A stretch of 32,000 nt of DNA from positions 2,761,737 to 2,793,736 of the forward strand of contig NZ_CM001776.1 in assembly GCF_000332275.1 (NCBI RefSeq), in the 5' to 3' direction. The stretch is from Synechococcus sp. PCC 7336. GTDB lineage: Bacteria; Cyanobacteriota; Cyanobacteriia; Thermostichales; PCC-7336. The stretch's first letter is position 1. Each line of letters begins with the position of its first letter. The position numbers and the translations under genes are program-made. Positions 16,368 to 26,023 of the stretch are shown in pieces. A model generated the notes under the pieces. It was not told the DNA's origin, did no database searches, and was given only the letters and a program-made list of their open reading frames with translations.

Positions 16368-17162
16368 ATGGATCCTGAGTTCGCTCTTTTTCTAGATGAG
16401 ACAGGCAGTCCAAAGCCCAATAGGAAAGATGCTTGCCCATACTTTGGCTTTGGCGGGGTTCTAGTAAAACGGCAGGATGAAAGGGTGATTCGAGATCGCC
16501 TCGATTGTTTCAAATCGAATTGGGACATGAAGAGCGAGACTCTATTACATGGTTCAGAAATTAGAGCCAGAAAGAGAGGATTTGCTTGGCTGGGTAAGTG
16601 TTCTGAGGAAGAGCAAGAACGATTCTTCGACGAGCTAACCAATGTAATTACGAGTCTACCGATTATTCTTACAGCTTGCGTTGTAGATCGGCAAGGTTAT
16701 TTGAATAGATATGAAGCACAATATGGAACTAATACATGGGAAATGATGCGTTCAGCCTTCTGCATCGTTGTTGAGAGGGCTGCAAAATACATTGCATCTG
16801 AAGGAGGAAAACTAATGGTCTATTTTGAGAAAATTGGGAAGAAGGAGGATCGAATAATCAAAGGATACTTTAATGAGTTGAGGAGTAAAGGGAGTCCGTT
16901 CAATCCAAGCACCTCTGATAAGTACTCTCCGCTCGATCGCAATGAATACGCACAGCTACTGCGGGGCATCGAAGGGCTGCCAAAAACAAGAAGTGAGCTG
17001 CAAGTTGCCGACCTTTGCCTCTATCCGCTAGCAAGAGGTAAGCGAGAACCAAATAACAGAGCTTTTCAATCCTTAAAATCGAATCGATTGCTCATCAATG
17101 ACAGAATTGAAGAGTCAGAAATAGAAAGATTGGGAATTAAATATTACTGTTTCGATACTTAA
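16368..17162 (+). CDS. DUF3800-family protein
   Basis: The N-terminal MDPEFALFLDETGSP matches the family's DES motif near the start. It is followed by FGFGGVLV...LLHGSEIR and the C-proximal LQVADLCLYPLARG (the family QxAD motif). The ORF is open from TTG 16287, but ATG 16368 fits the family architecture. The gene is low in GC and lacks HIP1. Confidence 0.6.
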   Translation: MDPEFALFLDETGSPKPNRKDACPYFGFGGVLVKRQDERVIRDRLDCFKSNWDMKSETLLHGSEIRARKRGFAWLGKCSEEEQERFFDELTNVITSLPIILTACVVDRQGYLNRYEAQYGTNTWEMMRSAFCIVVERAAKYIASEGGKLMVYFEKIGKKEDRIIKGYFNELRSKGSPFNPSTSDKYSPLDRNEYAQLLRGIEGLPKTRSELQVADLCLYPLARGKREPNNRAFQSLKSNRLLINDRIEESEIERLGIKYYCFDT

Positions 17163-17171
17163 ATACTCAAA

Positions 17172-17191
17172 AACCGCTGCTTACAGCGGTT
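17172..17191 (+). terminator. hairpin AACCGCTG-CTTA-CAGCGGTT 10 nt after the DUF3800 stop
   Basis: Perfect 8-bp stem with a 4-nt loop. No U-tract follows, so function as a terminator is uncertain. Confidence 0.35.
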
Positions 17192-17409
17192 AGGAGCGGC
17201 AGTCCTACAACTACCCCTGGGCTGAGCCCTCAACTCAATGTTACCCTCTTTCTGTGTGATTGACACACTTGCACGTTCTACTAGCGCCACAAACCTGTGC
17301 TACTAAAGACCTCTACAATACCGCTTTCCTAAAACTTGTGGAGACCCCACCTCATTAGCGTAAACACCTGGCAAACTAGGACTACAACCACCATCCAGAG
17401 CGATCGCCC

Positions 17410-20400
17410 ATGTCCTTCGTCGGCCTGCACATCCACAGCGACTACAGCCTCCTCGACGGAGCCAGCCAGCTCCCCGACCTAGTCGATCGCGCCATCGAAC
17501 TCAACATGCCAGCTGTCGCCCTCACCGACCACGGCGTCATGTGCGGAGCCGTCGAACTGCTCAAACTCACCCGAGGCAAGCCGATTAAACCCATCATCGG
17601 CAACGAAATGTACGTCATCAACGGCGACATCACCGACAAGAAAAAACGCTACCCCCGCTATCACCAAGTCGTCCTGGCCAAAAACACCCAAGGCTATAAA
17701 AACCTCGTCAAACTCACCACCATCTCCCACCTCGAAGGCATGCAGGGACGCGGCATCTTCCAACGCCCCTGTATTAATAAGGAACTACTCGAAAAACACC
17801 ACGAAGGACTGATCGTCACCTCCGCCTGCCTCGGCGGCGAGCTGCCCCAAGCCATCATGCAGGGCCGCCCCGAAATCGCTCGCAAAGTGGCCCAGTGGTA
17901 CCAAGACCTATTTGGAGAAGACTACTACATCGAACTGCAAGACCACGGCTCCCGCGAAGACCGGCTCGTCAATGTCGAACTGGTCAAAATCGCCCGCGAA
18001 CTCGACATCGAAATCATCCTCACCAACGACTCCCACTTCATCTCCTGCAACGACGTCGAAGCCCACGACGCCCTGCTCTGCATCCAAACCGGCAAATCTG
18101 TCACCGAAGACAAGCGCCTGCGCTACAGCGGTACTGAATATCTCAAAAGCTGCGATGAAATGCGCCGGATCTGTCGCGATCACTTAACCGACGACGTTAT
18201 CGAAGAGGCGATCGCCAACACCATCAAAGTGGCCAACAAAATCGAAGCCTACGACATCCTGGGCAAAACCAACCTGCCCGATTACCCCGTCCCCCCCGGT
18301 CACACCCCAGAAACCTACTTCGAAGACGTGGCCTGGAACGGGCTGCTCGATCGCCTTCAACTAACCAGCCGCGATCGCATCCCCGCAGAATACGACGCTC
18401 GCATGCGCAAAGAGCTCAAAATCATGCAGGACAAAGGCTTTGCCGCCTACTTCCTGGTGGTGTGGGACTTCATTCGTTTTTCTCGCGAGCAGAATATACC
18501 GGTCGGCCCCGGTCGGGGCTCGGCGGCGGGCTCGCTGGTGGCCTATTCCATGCGCATCACCAATATCGACCCAGTCAAATACGGCCTGCTGTTCGAGCGC
18601 TTCCTCAATCCCGAACGCAAGTCAATGCCCGATATCGACACGGATTTCTGCATCGAACGGCGGGATGAAGTGATTCAATACGTCACCGAAAAATACGGTC
18701 AGGACAAAGTTGCCCAGATTATCACCTTCAACCGCATGACCTCTAAGGCGGTGCTGAAGGACGTGGCTCGCGTGATGGATATTCCCTACGGCGACGCCGA
18801 CAAAATGGCGAAGATGATCCCCGTCGCGCGGGGCAAACCAGCCAAACTGAAGACAATGATTGGCGAGAACACGCCAGAACCGGAATTTAGAGAGAAATAC
18901 CTCAACGATCCCGTGGTGACCAAGTGGCTCGATATGGCCATGCGGATTGAGGGGACGAACAAAACCTCTGGCGTTCACGCTGCGGGGGTGGTGATTTCTA
19001 AACTGCCGCTGGATGAGATTGTACCGCTGCAGCGCAACAACGATGGCTCGGTGATCACGCAGTACTACATGGAAGATGTGGAAGCTTGCGGTTTGCTGAA
19101 AATGGACTTTTTGGGGCTGCGCAACCTAACTATGATTCAGCGAGCGGTCGATTTGATCGAAAAGACTAAAGGTGAAAAGTTAGATATCGATCTGATTCCA
19201 GAAGGCGATCTCAACACCTATAAATTATTAGAGAAAGGCGAATTAGAAGGGATTTTCCAATTGGAATCTTCTGGTATGAAGCAGGTAGTACGCGATCTCA
19301 AACCTTCTAATTTGGAAGATATTTCGTCAGTGTTGGCTCTGTACCGACCGGGACCGTTAGATACGGGCATGATTCCCGAATTTATCGATCGCAAGCACGG
19401 CAGAAAACAAATTACCTACGGTCACGAAATCCTGCAGCCCATCCTCCACGACACCTACGGCACGATTCTATACCAAGAGCAGATCATGCGGATCGCTCAA
19501 GATATGGCAGGTTACTCGTTGGGGCAAGCGGACCTGTTGCGGCGGGCGATGGGTAAGAAGAAGGTGGCTGAAATGGAGAAACACCGGGAAAAGTTTCTCG
19601 ATGGGGCAGCCCGGAACGGCGTGCCCGGGTCCGTGGCTAAAGGACTGTTCGAGCAAATGTTGGTATTTGCCGAATATTGTTTCAACAAATCCCACTCCAC
19701 AGCCTATGGATTTGTCACTTATCAAACAGCTTATCTGAAGGCTAATTACCCCGTGGAATATATGGCAGCGCTGCTGTCTTCCATTGGCGGCGATCGCGAT
19801 AAGGTGCAGCGCTATATCGCCTATTGTCTGTCCCTCGGCATCGAGATCGAACCGCCGGATGTCAACCGTTCCGGTCTCGATTTCACCCCTTTGGAAAAGA
19901 GTATTCTGTTTGGGTTGGGCGGGGTGAAAAATATTGGGCAAGGGGCGATCGAGAATCTGATAGAAGAGCGCGAAAATAATGGCCCTTACCAGTCTCTATC
20001 GGATTTGTGCGATCGCGTCGATGGCCGCGCCGTCAACCGTCGAGCCTTAGAAGCCTTGATTCACGTGGGGGCATTCGACAAACTCAACCACAACCGCAAA
20101 CAACTCATTGCCGATCTCGATGTGGTGCTGGATTGGGCCTCCAGTCGGGCCAAGGATCGGACCATCGGTCAGGCGAGCCTGTTCGATTTGATGGGAGGCA
20201 GCACTGATAATAGCGGAACTTCCGATAGCTTCGACGCTCCAACGGCACCTCATACCCAGGACTACCCTCAAGACGAACGGCTGCGGTTAGAAAAAGAGCT
20301 ATTGGGCTTCTACGTTTCCGACCATCCCCTCAAGGACGTGCAGCGTCCTTCCCGCATTTTGGCCCCCATCAATTTGGGGGATTTGGCTGACTATAGCGAC

Positions 20401-20913
20401 AAGATCGATATCAGCGCGATCGCCTTAATCGCCAACCTCAAGCCCGTTACCACCAAGAAGGGCGATCGCATGGCCATCCTTCAACTGGAGGATCTGACCG
20501 GTAGCTGCGAAGCGGTGGTGTTTCCCAAAACCCATGCCCTCATTCACGATCGCCTCATCCCCGACACGCGAGTCATGCTGTGGGGCAAAGTGGATAAGCG
20601 GGACGACCGGAAACAATTGATCGTGAATGACATCGAACCGCTAGAACAGGTGCAGATGGTGATGGTGAAATTGGAGGCCGATCGCGCCAGCGATATTGCC
20701 GTGCAGCACCAGCTCGCCGAGATTTTGCGGGAGCAAGCAGGCGATCGCGAGTCTCGCGGTCGCATTCCGGTGGTGGCGGAGGTGTGTGCGGGCGATCGCC
20801 GCCGCTTAGTACGATTCGGCAACCAGTTTTTGGTCAAAGATGCGATCGCAACGGTGGAGAAGTTGAATGCCCATCGCTTTGAGGCCAAGCGACAGCTCTT
20901 GTTAGCCACCTAA
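17410..20913 (+). CDS. dnaE: DNA polymerase III alpha subunit, contiguous (not split, no intein)
   Basis: 1167 aa. The PHP domain starts [19 protein letters not shown]. The polymerase core includes [30 protein letters not shown] and [28 protein letters not shown] is read through without interruption. An OB-fold forms the C-terminal region. Confidence 0.97.
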   Translation: MSFVGLHIHSDYSLLDGASQLPDLVDRAIELNMPAVALTDHGVMCGAVELLKLTRGKPIKPIIGNEMYVINGDITDKKKRYPRYHQVVLAKNTQGYKNLVKLTTISHLEGMQGRGIFQRPCINKELLEKHHEGLIVTSACLGGELPQAIMQGRPEIARKVAQWYQDLFGEDYYIELQDHGSREDRLVNVELVKIARELDIEIILTNDSHFISCNDVEAHDALLCIQTGKSVTEDKRLRYSGTEYLKSCDEMRRICRDHLTDDVIEEAIANTIKVANKIEAYDILGKTNLPDYPVPPGHTPETYFEDVAWNGLLDRLQLTSRDRIPAEYDARMRKELKIMQDKGFAAYFLVVWDFIRFSREQNIPVGPGRGSAAGSLVAYSMRITNIDPVKYGLLFERFLNPERKSMPDIDTDFCIERRDEVIQYVTEKYGQDKVAQIITFNRMTSKAVLKDVARVMDIPYGDADKMAKMIPVARGKPAKLKTMIGENTPEPEFREKYLNDPVVTKWLDMAMRIEGTNKTSGVHAAGVVISKLPLDEIVPLQRNNDGSVITQYYMEDVEACGLLKMDFLGLRNLTMIQRAVDLIEKTKGEKLDIDLIPEGDLNTYKLLEKGELEGIFQLESSGMKQVVRDLKPSNLEDISSVLALYRPGPLDTGMIPEFIDRKHGRKQITYGHEILQPILHDTYGTILYQEQIMRIAQDMAGYSLGQADLLRRAMGKKKVAEMEKHREKFLDGAARNGVPGSVAKGLFEQMLVFAEYCFNKSHSTAYGFVTYQTAYLKANYPVEYMAALLSSIGGDRDKVQRYIAYCLSLGIEIEPPDVNRSGLDFTPLEKSILFGLGGVKNIGQGAIENLIEERENNGPYQSLSDLCDRVDGRAVNRRALEALIHVGAFDKLNHNRKQLIADLDVVLDWASSRAKDRTIGQASLFDLMGGSTDNSGTSDSFDAPTAPHTQDYPQDERLRLEKELLGFYVSDHPLKDVQRPSRILAPINLGDLADYSDKIDISAIALIANLKPVTTKKGDRMAILQLEDLTGSCEAVVFPKTHALIHDRLIPDTRVMLWGKVDKRDDRKQLIVNDIEPLEQVQMVMVKLEADRASDIAVQHQLAEILREQAGDRESRGRIPVVAEVCAGDRRRLVRFGNQFLVKDAIATVEKLNAHRFEAKRQLLLAT

Positions 20914-21885
20914 CTGGTGGCGATCGTGGGGGGCCATAAAGTCGATCTCCGGTCCTACGGGCACGATGCGCGTGGGGTTGATGGTCTCGTGGCTGGCGTA
21001 ATAGTGACCCTTGAGGTGGTCGAAATGAACGGTTTCGGCAACGCCGGGGGTTTGGTATAAGTCCCGCAGGTAGCCCCACAGGTTGAGATAATCCACAATG
21101 CGGCGAATGTTGCATTTGAAGTGACCCACGTATACCGGATCGAAGCGCACGAGGGTGGTGAACAAGCGCCAATCGGCTTCTGTGAGGCGATCGCCAGTTA
21201 AGTACCGCGTTTTGCCCAGGCGTTCTTCTAGCCAATCGAGGGTGTCGAATAGGGGTTTGACCGCTTGTTCGTAGGCGGCTTGGGTGGTGGCGAATCCAGA
21301 TTTGTAGACGCCGTTGTTGACGGTGTCGTAGATGCGATCGTTGAGGGCGTCGATTTCGGCGCGCAATGGCTCGGGATAATAGTCTCCCGGTTTGGCCCCC
21401 AGCCCGTCGAAGGCACTGTTGAACATGCGAATGATTTCGGAGGATTCGTTGTTGACGATGGTGTGGGTGTGGGTGTCCCACAGAACGGGGACGGTGACTC
21501 GTCCGGTGTAGGTGGGGTCGGCTTTGGTGTAGACCTGGTGGAGGTATTGGGCTTGGTTGATGGAATCGGGAATGACGCCGTCGGCGGGGTCGAAGGTCCA
21601 GCCCTTTTCTGCCATATACCAATTCACCACCGAAATGGAAATGAGGTCTTCTAAGCCTTTGAGGGCTCTGAAAATCATCGTGCGGTGGGCCCAGGGGCAG
21701 GCATGGGAGACATAGAGGTGATAGCGATCGCCTTCCGCCTTAAATCCCCCTTTGCCTGTGGGGCCGGGGCTGCCGTCGGGGGTAACCCAATGGCGAAATT
21801 GGGAAGCTTTGCGCACGAAGCGTCCGCCCGTGCTTTTGGTGTCGTACCATTGGTCGTGCCAAATGCCATCAACGAGCAGTCCCAT
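20902..21885 (-). CDS. yqjG: glutathionyl-hydroquinone reductase (Xi-class GST, YqjG/ECM4-like)
   Basis: [35 protein letters not shown]...[17 protein letters not shown] is near-collinear with E. coli YqjG and includes the CPWA active-site motif. It overlaps the dnaE stop convergently by 12 nt. Confidence 0.9.
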   Translation of the reverse strand: MGLLVDGIWHDQWYDTKSTGGRFVRKASQFRHWVTPDGSPGPTGKGGFKAEGDRYHLYVSHACPWAHRTMIFRALKGLEDLISISVVNWYMAEKGWTFDPADGVIPDSINQAQYLHQVYTKADPTYTGRVTVPVLWDTHTHTIVNNESSEIIRMFNSAFDGLGAKPGDYYPEPLRAEIDALNDRIYDTVNNGVYKSGFATTQAAYEQAVKPLFDTLDWLEERLGKTRYLTGDRLTEADWRLFTTLVRFDPVYVGHFKCNIRRIVDYLNLWGYLRDLYQTPGVAETVHFDHLKGHYYASHETINPTRIVPVGPEIDFMAPHDRHQLGG

Positions 21886-22032
21886 TTCCGCAAGCCTCAG
21901 TGATTTCTTCTAAAGTCAGTTGTCTGGTATCCGCAACTTAGCATCGATTTGCTAGTCACCTCTTGCGCTACATCATCACCGGCAACACTTGTTCGGACCC
22001 AATTACCTGGAGTGTCTACAGACTCTTGCGAT

Positions 22033-22293
22033 ATGCTGAATACATGTATTCATTTGGAGCGAGACATAGCTACTTCGATTCGCCTTTCCTCAGAAATCGA
22101 GCAGAGGCTCGACCTCCTGGCCAAGCAGACTGGTCGCACCAAGGCTTATTACCTACGTCAACTCATTGAGCAGGGACTTGAGGAGTTAGAAGACTACTAC
22201 CTCGCCGCTGACGTGCTAGAGCGCGTCCGCAAGGGGCAAGAGCAGGTTCATTCTGCGGCTAATGTGAGGAAAGACCTTGGCCTGGACGATTGA
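22033..22293 (+). CDS. relB: RelB/ParD-type ribbon-helix-helix antitoxin
   Basis: [61 protein letters not shown] is a typical RHH antitoxin. The start is ambiguous (ATG 22033 or TTG 22054). It overlaps the downstream toxin by 17 nt. Confidence 0.8.
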   Translation: MLNTCIHLERDIATSIRLSSEIEQRLDLLAKQTGRTKAYYLRQLIEQGLEELEDYYLAADVLERVRKGQEQVHSAANVRKDLGLDD

Positions 22294-22543
22294 GTACACT
22301 GACACGGCCAAAAAACAACTGCGGAAGCTCGATAAGCAAAGGGCAAGACGCATCCTCGATTATATGGATGAGCGCGTTGCTGAGAGAGAAGACCCTCGCA
22401 GCACTGGTAAAGCATTAACCGGCGCACTTGGAGGTTTATGGCGTTACCGCGTGGGGGATTGTCGGATTATCTGCGATATCCAGGACAAAGCATTGCTCGT
22501 TCTGGTGGTTAGACTCGGCGATCGCCGAGAGGTCTATCGATAA
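22277..22543 (+). CDS. relE: RelE/ParE-family mRNA interferase toxin
   Basis: 88 aa with a TTG start. [33 protein letters not shown]...[35 protein letters not shown] is the canonical RelE/StbE layout. Confidence 0.88.
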   Translation: MAWTIEYTDTAKKQLRKLDKQRARRILDYMDERVAEREDPRSTGKALTGALGGLWRYRVGDCRIICDIQDKALLVLVVRLGDRREVYR

Positions 22544-22810
22544 CTGGCCCTAAGAACAGGAATTGTCGGACAGTTACAATCGCCTCAATTGAATGAGCAA
22601 ATATTCTTGCCAGTAGGCTGAGGTTTTGCGCGATCGCTTTGTCGAGAAACGGCGATGTAATTTTCTTTCTCTTGCGGGAATCTTATTGATAGAAGCTAAT
22701 TCAACCAACCTAATGCCAAATCTCGCAGCCATTGCTGGATATTTCAGTAATGGCTATTTTTTGACTGGTGTTTCTCATCCATCTCATTCGCATCCAAGCT
22801 AAGGATAGTG

Positions 22811-22987
22811 ATGAATTTTGCAACTCTCTCTCGAACTTGGGCGATCGCAATTGCACTCTTTGCTTACATTGTCCTCGGGCCTGCTTTAGCGGGACTGATG
22901 GAGCTATTGCCTCAGATTTTGCTCGTGCTCTCTTTCCCTGTGGCCATTAGCTATCTCCTAATTCAGCTCGATCGCACCTCAGACTGA
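22811..22987 (+). CDS. hypothetical 58-aa two-helix membrane miniprotein
   Basis: ATG 22811 to TGA 22985-22987 reads MNFATLSRTWAIAIALFAYIVLGPALAGLMELLPQILLVLSFPVAISYLLIQLDRTSD. It has two hydrophobic stretches and native composition. It is below the ORF-track cutoff, and the listed 22768..22950 ORF in another frame looks less protein-like. Confidence 0.4.
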   Translation: MNFATLSRTWAIAIALFAYIVLGPALAGLMELLPQILLVLSFPVAISYLLIQLDRTSD

Positions 22988-23027
22988 AGGGCGAACTCGA
23001 CAGAGCCAAGCTCAGCCGAACGGCAAA

Positions 23028-23336
23028 TTAATTTGCGGGTTCGAGGGGAGCCATGGTCAATCCTTCTCGTTTGAGTTGTGTATGATATAACTCTGCAGGC
23101 TCTTGAGGCCCCACCCAAACAATTGCTTGCCCCTGGTGATGGACTTGCATTGTCAACTCGTAGGCCAGAGTTGGATTCATATTAGGAATATATTTCAGCA
23201 GACATTTTTGGACGTGCTGGATCGTATTGAAATCGTCATCCAATACGATCACTTTATAGTTGGGGTACCGTTCCCTCGATCGGTCTAGGTTTCGACTGGG
23301 GGCAGACTGGGGTTTGACAGGAGCTTCAACCGGCAT
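23028..23336 (-). CDS. clpS: ATP-dependent Clp protease adaptor ClpS
   Basis: YKVIVLDDDFNTIQHVQKCLLKYIPNMNPTLAYELTMQVHHQGQAIVWVGPQEPAELYHTQL is the ClpS core. The internal ATG at 23336 gives a typical ~102-aa protein. The ORF is open up to 23456. Confidence 0.88.
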   Translation of the reverse strand: MPVEAPVKPQSAPSRNLDRSRERYPNYKVIVLDDDFNTIQHVQKCLLKYIPNMNPTLAYELTMQVHHQGQAIVWVGPQEPAELYHTQLKREGLTMAPLEPAN

Positions 23337-23829
23337 AATAACAATGGCAGTGCGACAGGGCGGTTTAGCGACAGATGATTTTACGATAGACGATTTTGCA
23401 GTTGCGATCCTAGCACTGACAATTCTGGGCCTACACAGGGGCGATCGCCCTGTCAAACCGACCTCACGATCGAGCGAGCTGCATCGGCGACCCGAAAAGA
23501 ATACCCAATTTTGCCCGACTCGCGTGCGCGCGAAGCCTGTGAGATCCTACGGAATCCCTGAATCTTTTCAGAAACCCCGATACTAACTTCACTGAAATCT
23601 ACGTAACTTCTAGCCAGCAAACTCGTGTCATAATAAGTGAAAATTTGCTGTCTCTACTTGCTATGAGTGGCAACGCTACGCAAAGTCGGCCTTATGGGTA
23701 TCTTTCTGAATAGGAAAATTCCTTCGGGCATTTTAACCCGCGTCTCAATGCACTTGGCATCCTGTCGTTAAATTTGGTTCATTTGTGTTAGTACGTGAAT
23801 CCAGCATCAGAGTTGCACCGATCTCCAGC

Positions 23830-24210
23830 ATGGCCGATCGAAACGAGTCCTTTACTCCCCAATCCTGCCGACATATCTTGTCGGTAGAAGACTGCGACGG
23901 CTTGCGCGACCACGCGCTCGGAGCCCCGAAGTATTTTATTGGGCGCGATATTGCTAACGATATTTGTTTAAACTCTCAATTTGCTTCTCGCTATCACGCT
24001 TTGCTCCTGAGGGTGCCCGCCGAACGAGAAGGAGAGTATTTCTACCGCCTTCTAGATGGAGATCTAGAGGGGAAGCCGAGCACGAATGGTTTGACGGTCA
24101 ACGGCCTGAAAGTCAGTGCCCACGAGCTGCACGAGGGCGACGAGATCTCGTTTGGCCCGGATGCAAAGGCGACCTACCGAGTCGAGTGTCTGTCTGCTGA
24201 TGCCAAATAG
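23830..24210 (+). CDS. FHA-domain protein
   Basis: YFIGRDIANDICLNSQFASRYHALLLRV...STNGLTVNGLKVSAHELHEGDEISFG carries the FHA G-R...S-R-x-H...N-G signature. ATG 23830 is preferred over GTG 23785. Confidence 0.8.
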   Translation: MADRNESFTPQSCRHILSVEDCDGLRDHALGAPKYFIGRDIANDICLNSQFASRYHALLLRVPAEREGEYFYRLLDGDLEGKPSTNGLTVNGLKVSAHELHEGDEISFGPDAKATYRVECLSADAK

Positions 24211-24322
24211 GCGATCGCCGCGCGCACCCCATCTTCCGACGATCCTGCGAGACTGCAGAAGGGGTTTCTCCCAATCGCTACAATAAACCGACATCAGTTC
24301 CAAACACCTCGGGTGGGAAAGT

Positions 24323-25954
24323 ATGTCGCCCCTATTGACCAGTTGGTTGTGGATTTTGCTGGGGGGATTCATCGCCGGACAGCTTGCCCGACGTCTGGGA
24401 GCTCCCCCATTACTGGGAGCTATTCTTGTTGGGCTGGCCTTGGGCTGGGGACAGGCGATCGCCCCAGAGGTGTTGGAGCAAGCCGCTGCGCCCCGCACCC
24501 TCGCAGTCACGATTGTGCTGATGCGGGCGGGATTGGGGCTCGATCGCAGTAAACTCGCCCAGCAGGGGACGGTAGCCTTGAGACTGGGGGTTTTGCCAGG
24601 AGCCTGCGAAGCGATCGCTATTGCAGCCATTTCCACCCGCTTGCTGGGTTTCGATTGGCCCACAGGACTGCTGTTGGGCTGCATTGTTGGGGCTGAGTCG
24701 CCTGCCGTGATCGTGCCGGGGATGTTGCGTCTCAAAAGCACTGGCTGGGGGGTAACCAAAGGAATCGCCGATGCAATTTTAACGGGGAGTGCCCTCTCCG
24801 ATGCCCTACTCCTCTTAGTTTTCAGTCTTCTGCTCAACCTACTGACCCAAGGAAGCATCCCACAACTCGCTCTGCCGGGAGGTTGGTCCCTCAACGCTGC
24901 CCAACTGTTACCGCTGCAAGTCCTCCTGCAGGTGGGGTTGGGAGTTGCGATCGGATACGGGGTGGCCTGGGGGTTAGTCCGACTGTTGGCCCAGCAGCGA
25001 TGGACTCAGAACGCTACTCAGGATCTGCTAGTGGCAGCGGGAATCTCGCTGCTGTTGGTGTTACTGGCTCAAAGATGGCCCTACTTCTCCGGCTATTTGG
25101 CGGCGATGTCGATGGGATTTTTCCTGATTGAATTGGATGCACCGCTGGCACGGCGATTGCGTGCGGGCTTTAACGGCCTCTGGGTGGTGGCCGAAATCGC
25201 TCTGTTTGTGCTGCTGGGAGCCAGTCTCGATCTGGCGGTGTTGGGCGATCGCCTCTTATCGGGACTCGCAGTCTTGACAGTTGGCCTGTTGCTCGGGCGA
25301 ACGGCGGGATGGTATCTCTCCACTGTCGGCAGCGACTGGACGTGGCGGGAGCGGCTGTATTTACTGCCGGGGAATTCGGCCAAAGCGACAGTGCAAGCGG
25401 CCATTGGGGCAGTGCCCCTGTCGCAGGGGCTGGCGGGGGGCGAGACGATTTTGGCGATCGCAGCTCTCTCCATCCTCGTCACTGCACCGCTGGGGGCCTG
25501 GGCAATCCCATTTTTTGCCCCCAAATTGCTGCAGCGAGGGACAGTAGATCCCGCCAAAGTCGCGCTCTCGGAGCGGACGCGGGTGCTGGCAGCCGTGGAT
25601 ACCTCAGCGCTGGCGACATCCGTCTTACTGGAAGCCGCTAACTTTGCTCGCCGCACCGATGGAGACGCCATCCTACTGCACGTCTGCGTCACAGATAACC
25701 GCGAACAACTGCAATCCCTCCATTCACTCGCCAGCCCACTGTTGGCCGATATCCGCTACCGCTGGATCGCGATCGAGGGCAGCATTCCCGAAACCATCGT
25801 GCAGGTGGCCCGCGACTGTCAGGCCACCAATATCGTCATGGGCCGTCGGGGGCACCGCGATCGCATTCTGTTGGGGTCAGTCTCTCAAGCCGTGCTCGAA
25901 ACCAGCCCATTGCCTGTAATGCTCGTGGAGGATCGCGATCGAACTCAGGTCTAA
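24323..25954 (+). CDS. cation:proton antiporter (CPA/Na+-H+ exchanger family) with C-terminal universal-stress-protein domain
   Basis: 543 aa and polytopic. The N-terminus LLGGFIAGQLARRLGAPPLLGAILVGLALG is typical of CPA antiporters. The C-terminal RVLAAVDTS...ILLHVC...IVMGRRGHRDRILLGSVSQAVLETSPLPVMLV is USP-like. Confidence 0.8.
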   Translation: MSPLLTSWLWILLGGFIAGQLARRLGAPPLLGAILVGLALGWGQAIAPEVLEQAAAPRTLAVTIVLMRAGLGLDRSKLAQQGTVALRLGVLPGACEAIAIAAISTRLLGFDWPTGLLLGCIVGAESPAVIVPGMLRLKSTGWGVTKGIADAILTGSALSDALLLLVFSLLLNLLTQGSIPQLALPGGWSLNAAQLLPLQVLLQVGLGVAIGYGVAWGLVRLLAQQRWTQNATQDLLVAAGISLLLVLLAQRWPYFSGYLAAMSMGFFLIELDAPLARRLRAGFNGLWVVAEIALFVLLGASLDLAVLGDRLLSGLAVLTVGLLLGRTAGWYLSTVGSDWTWRERLYLLPGNSAKATVQAAIGAVPLSQGLAGGETILAIAALSILVTAPLGAWAIPFFAPKLLQRGTVDPAKVALSERTRVLAAVDTSALATSVLLEAANFARRTDGDAILLHVCVTDNREQLQSLHSLASPLLADIRYRWIAIEGSIPETIVQVARDCQATNIVMGRRGHRDRILLGSVSQAVLETSPLPVMLVEDRDRTQV

Positions 25955-26023
25955 AAGGGGTCGAAAACTGGAAGTTCTGGCAGTCAGTGCGTAAGATCGT
26001 TGCGCCTATCCTTCGAACAGTTC

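Noticed and set aside
20834-21622. 262-aa minus-strand ORF rich in R/P/H/S that overlaps the yqjG-like gene in another frame
   Set aside because: It is a shadow ORF typical of GC-rich DNA. Its composition is low-complexity, and the overlapping frame (20902-21885) has near-collinear similarity to E. coli YqjG.
22574-22732. 52-aa basic ORF on the minus strand (MAARFGIRLVELASINKIPARERKLHRRF...), convergent with relE
   Set aside because: It is short, has no recognisable motif beyond a vague HTH-like start, and has no support from context.
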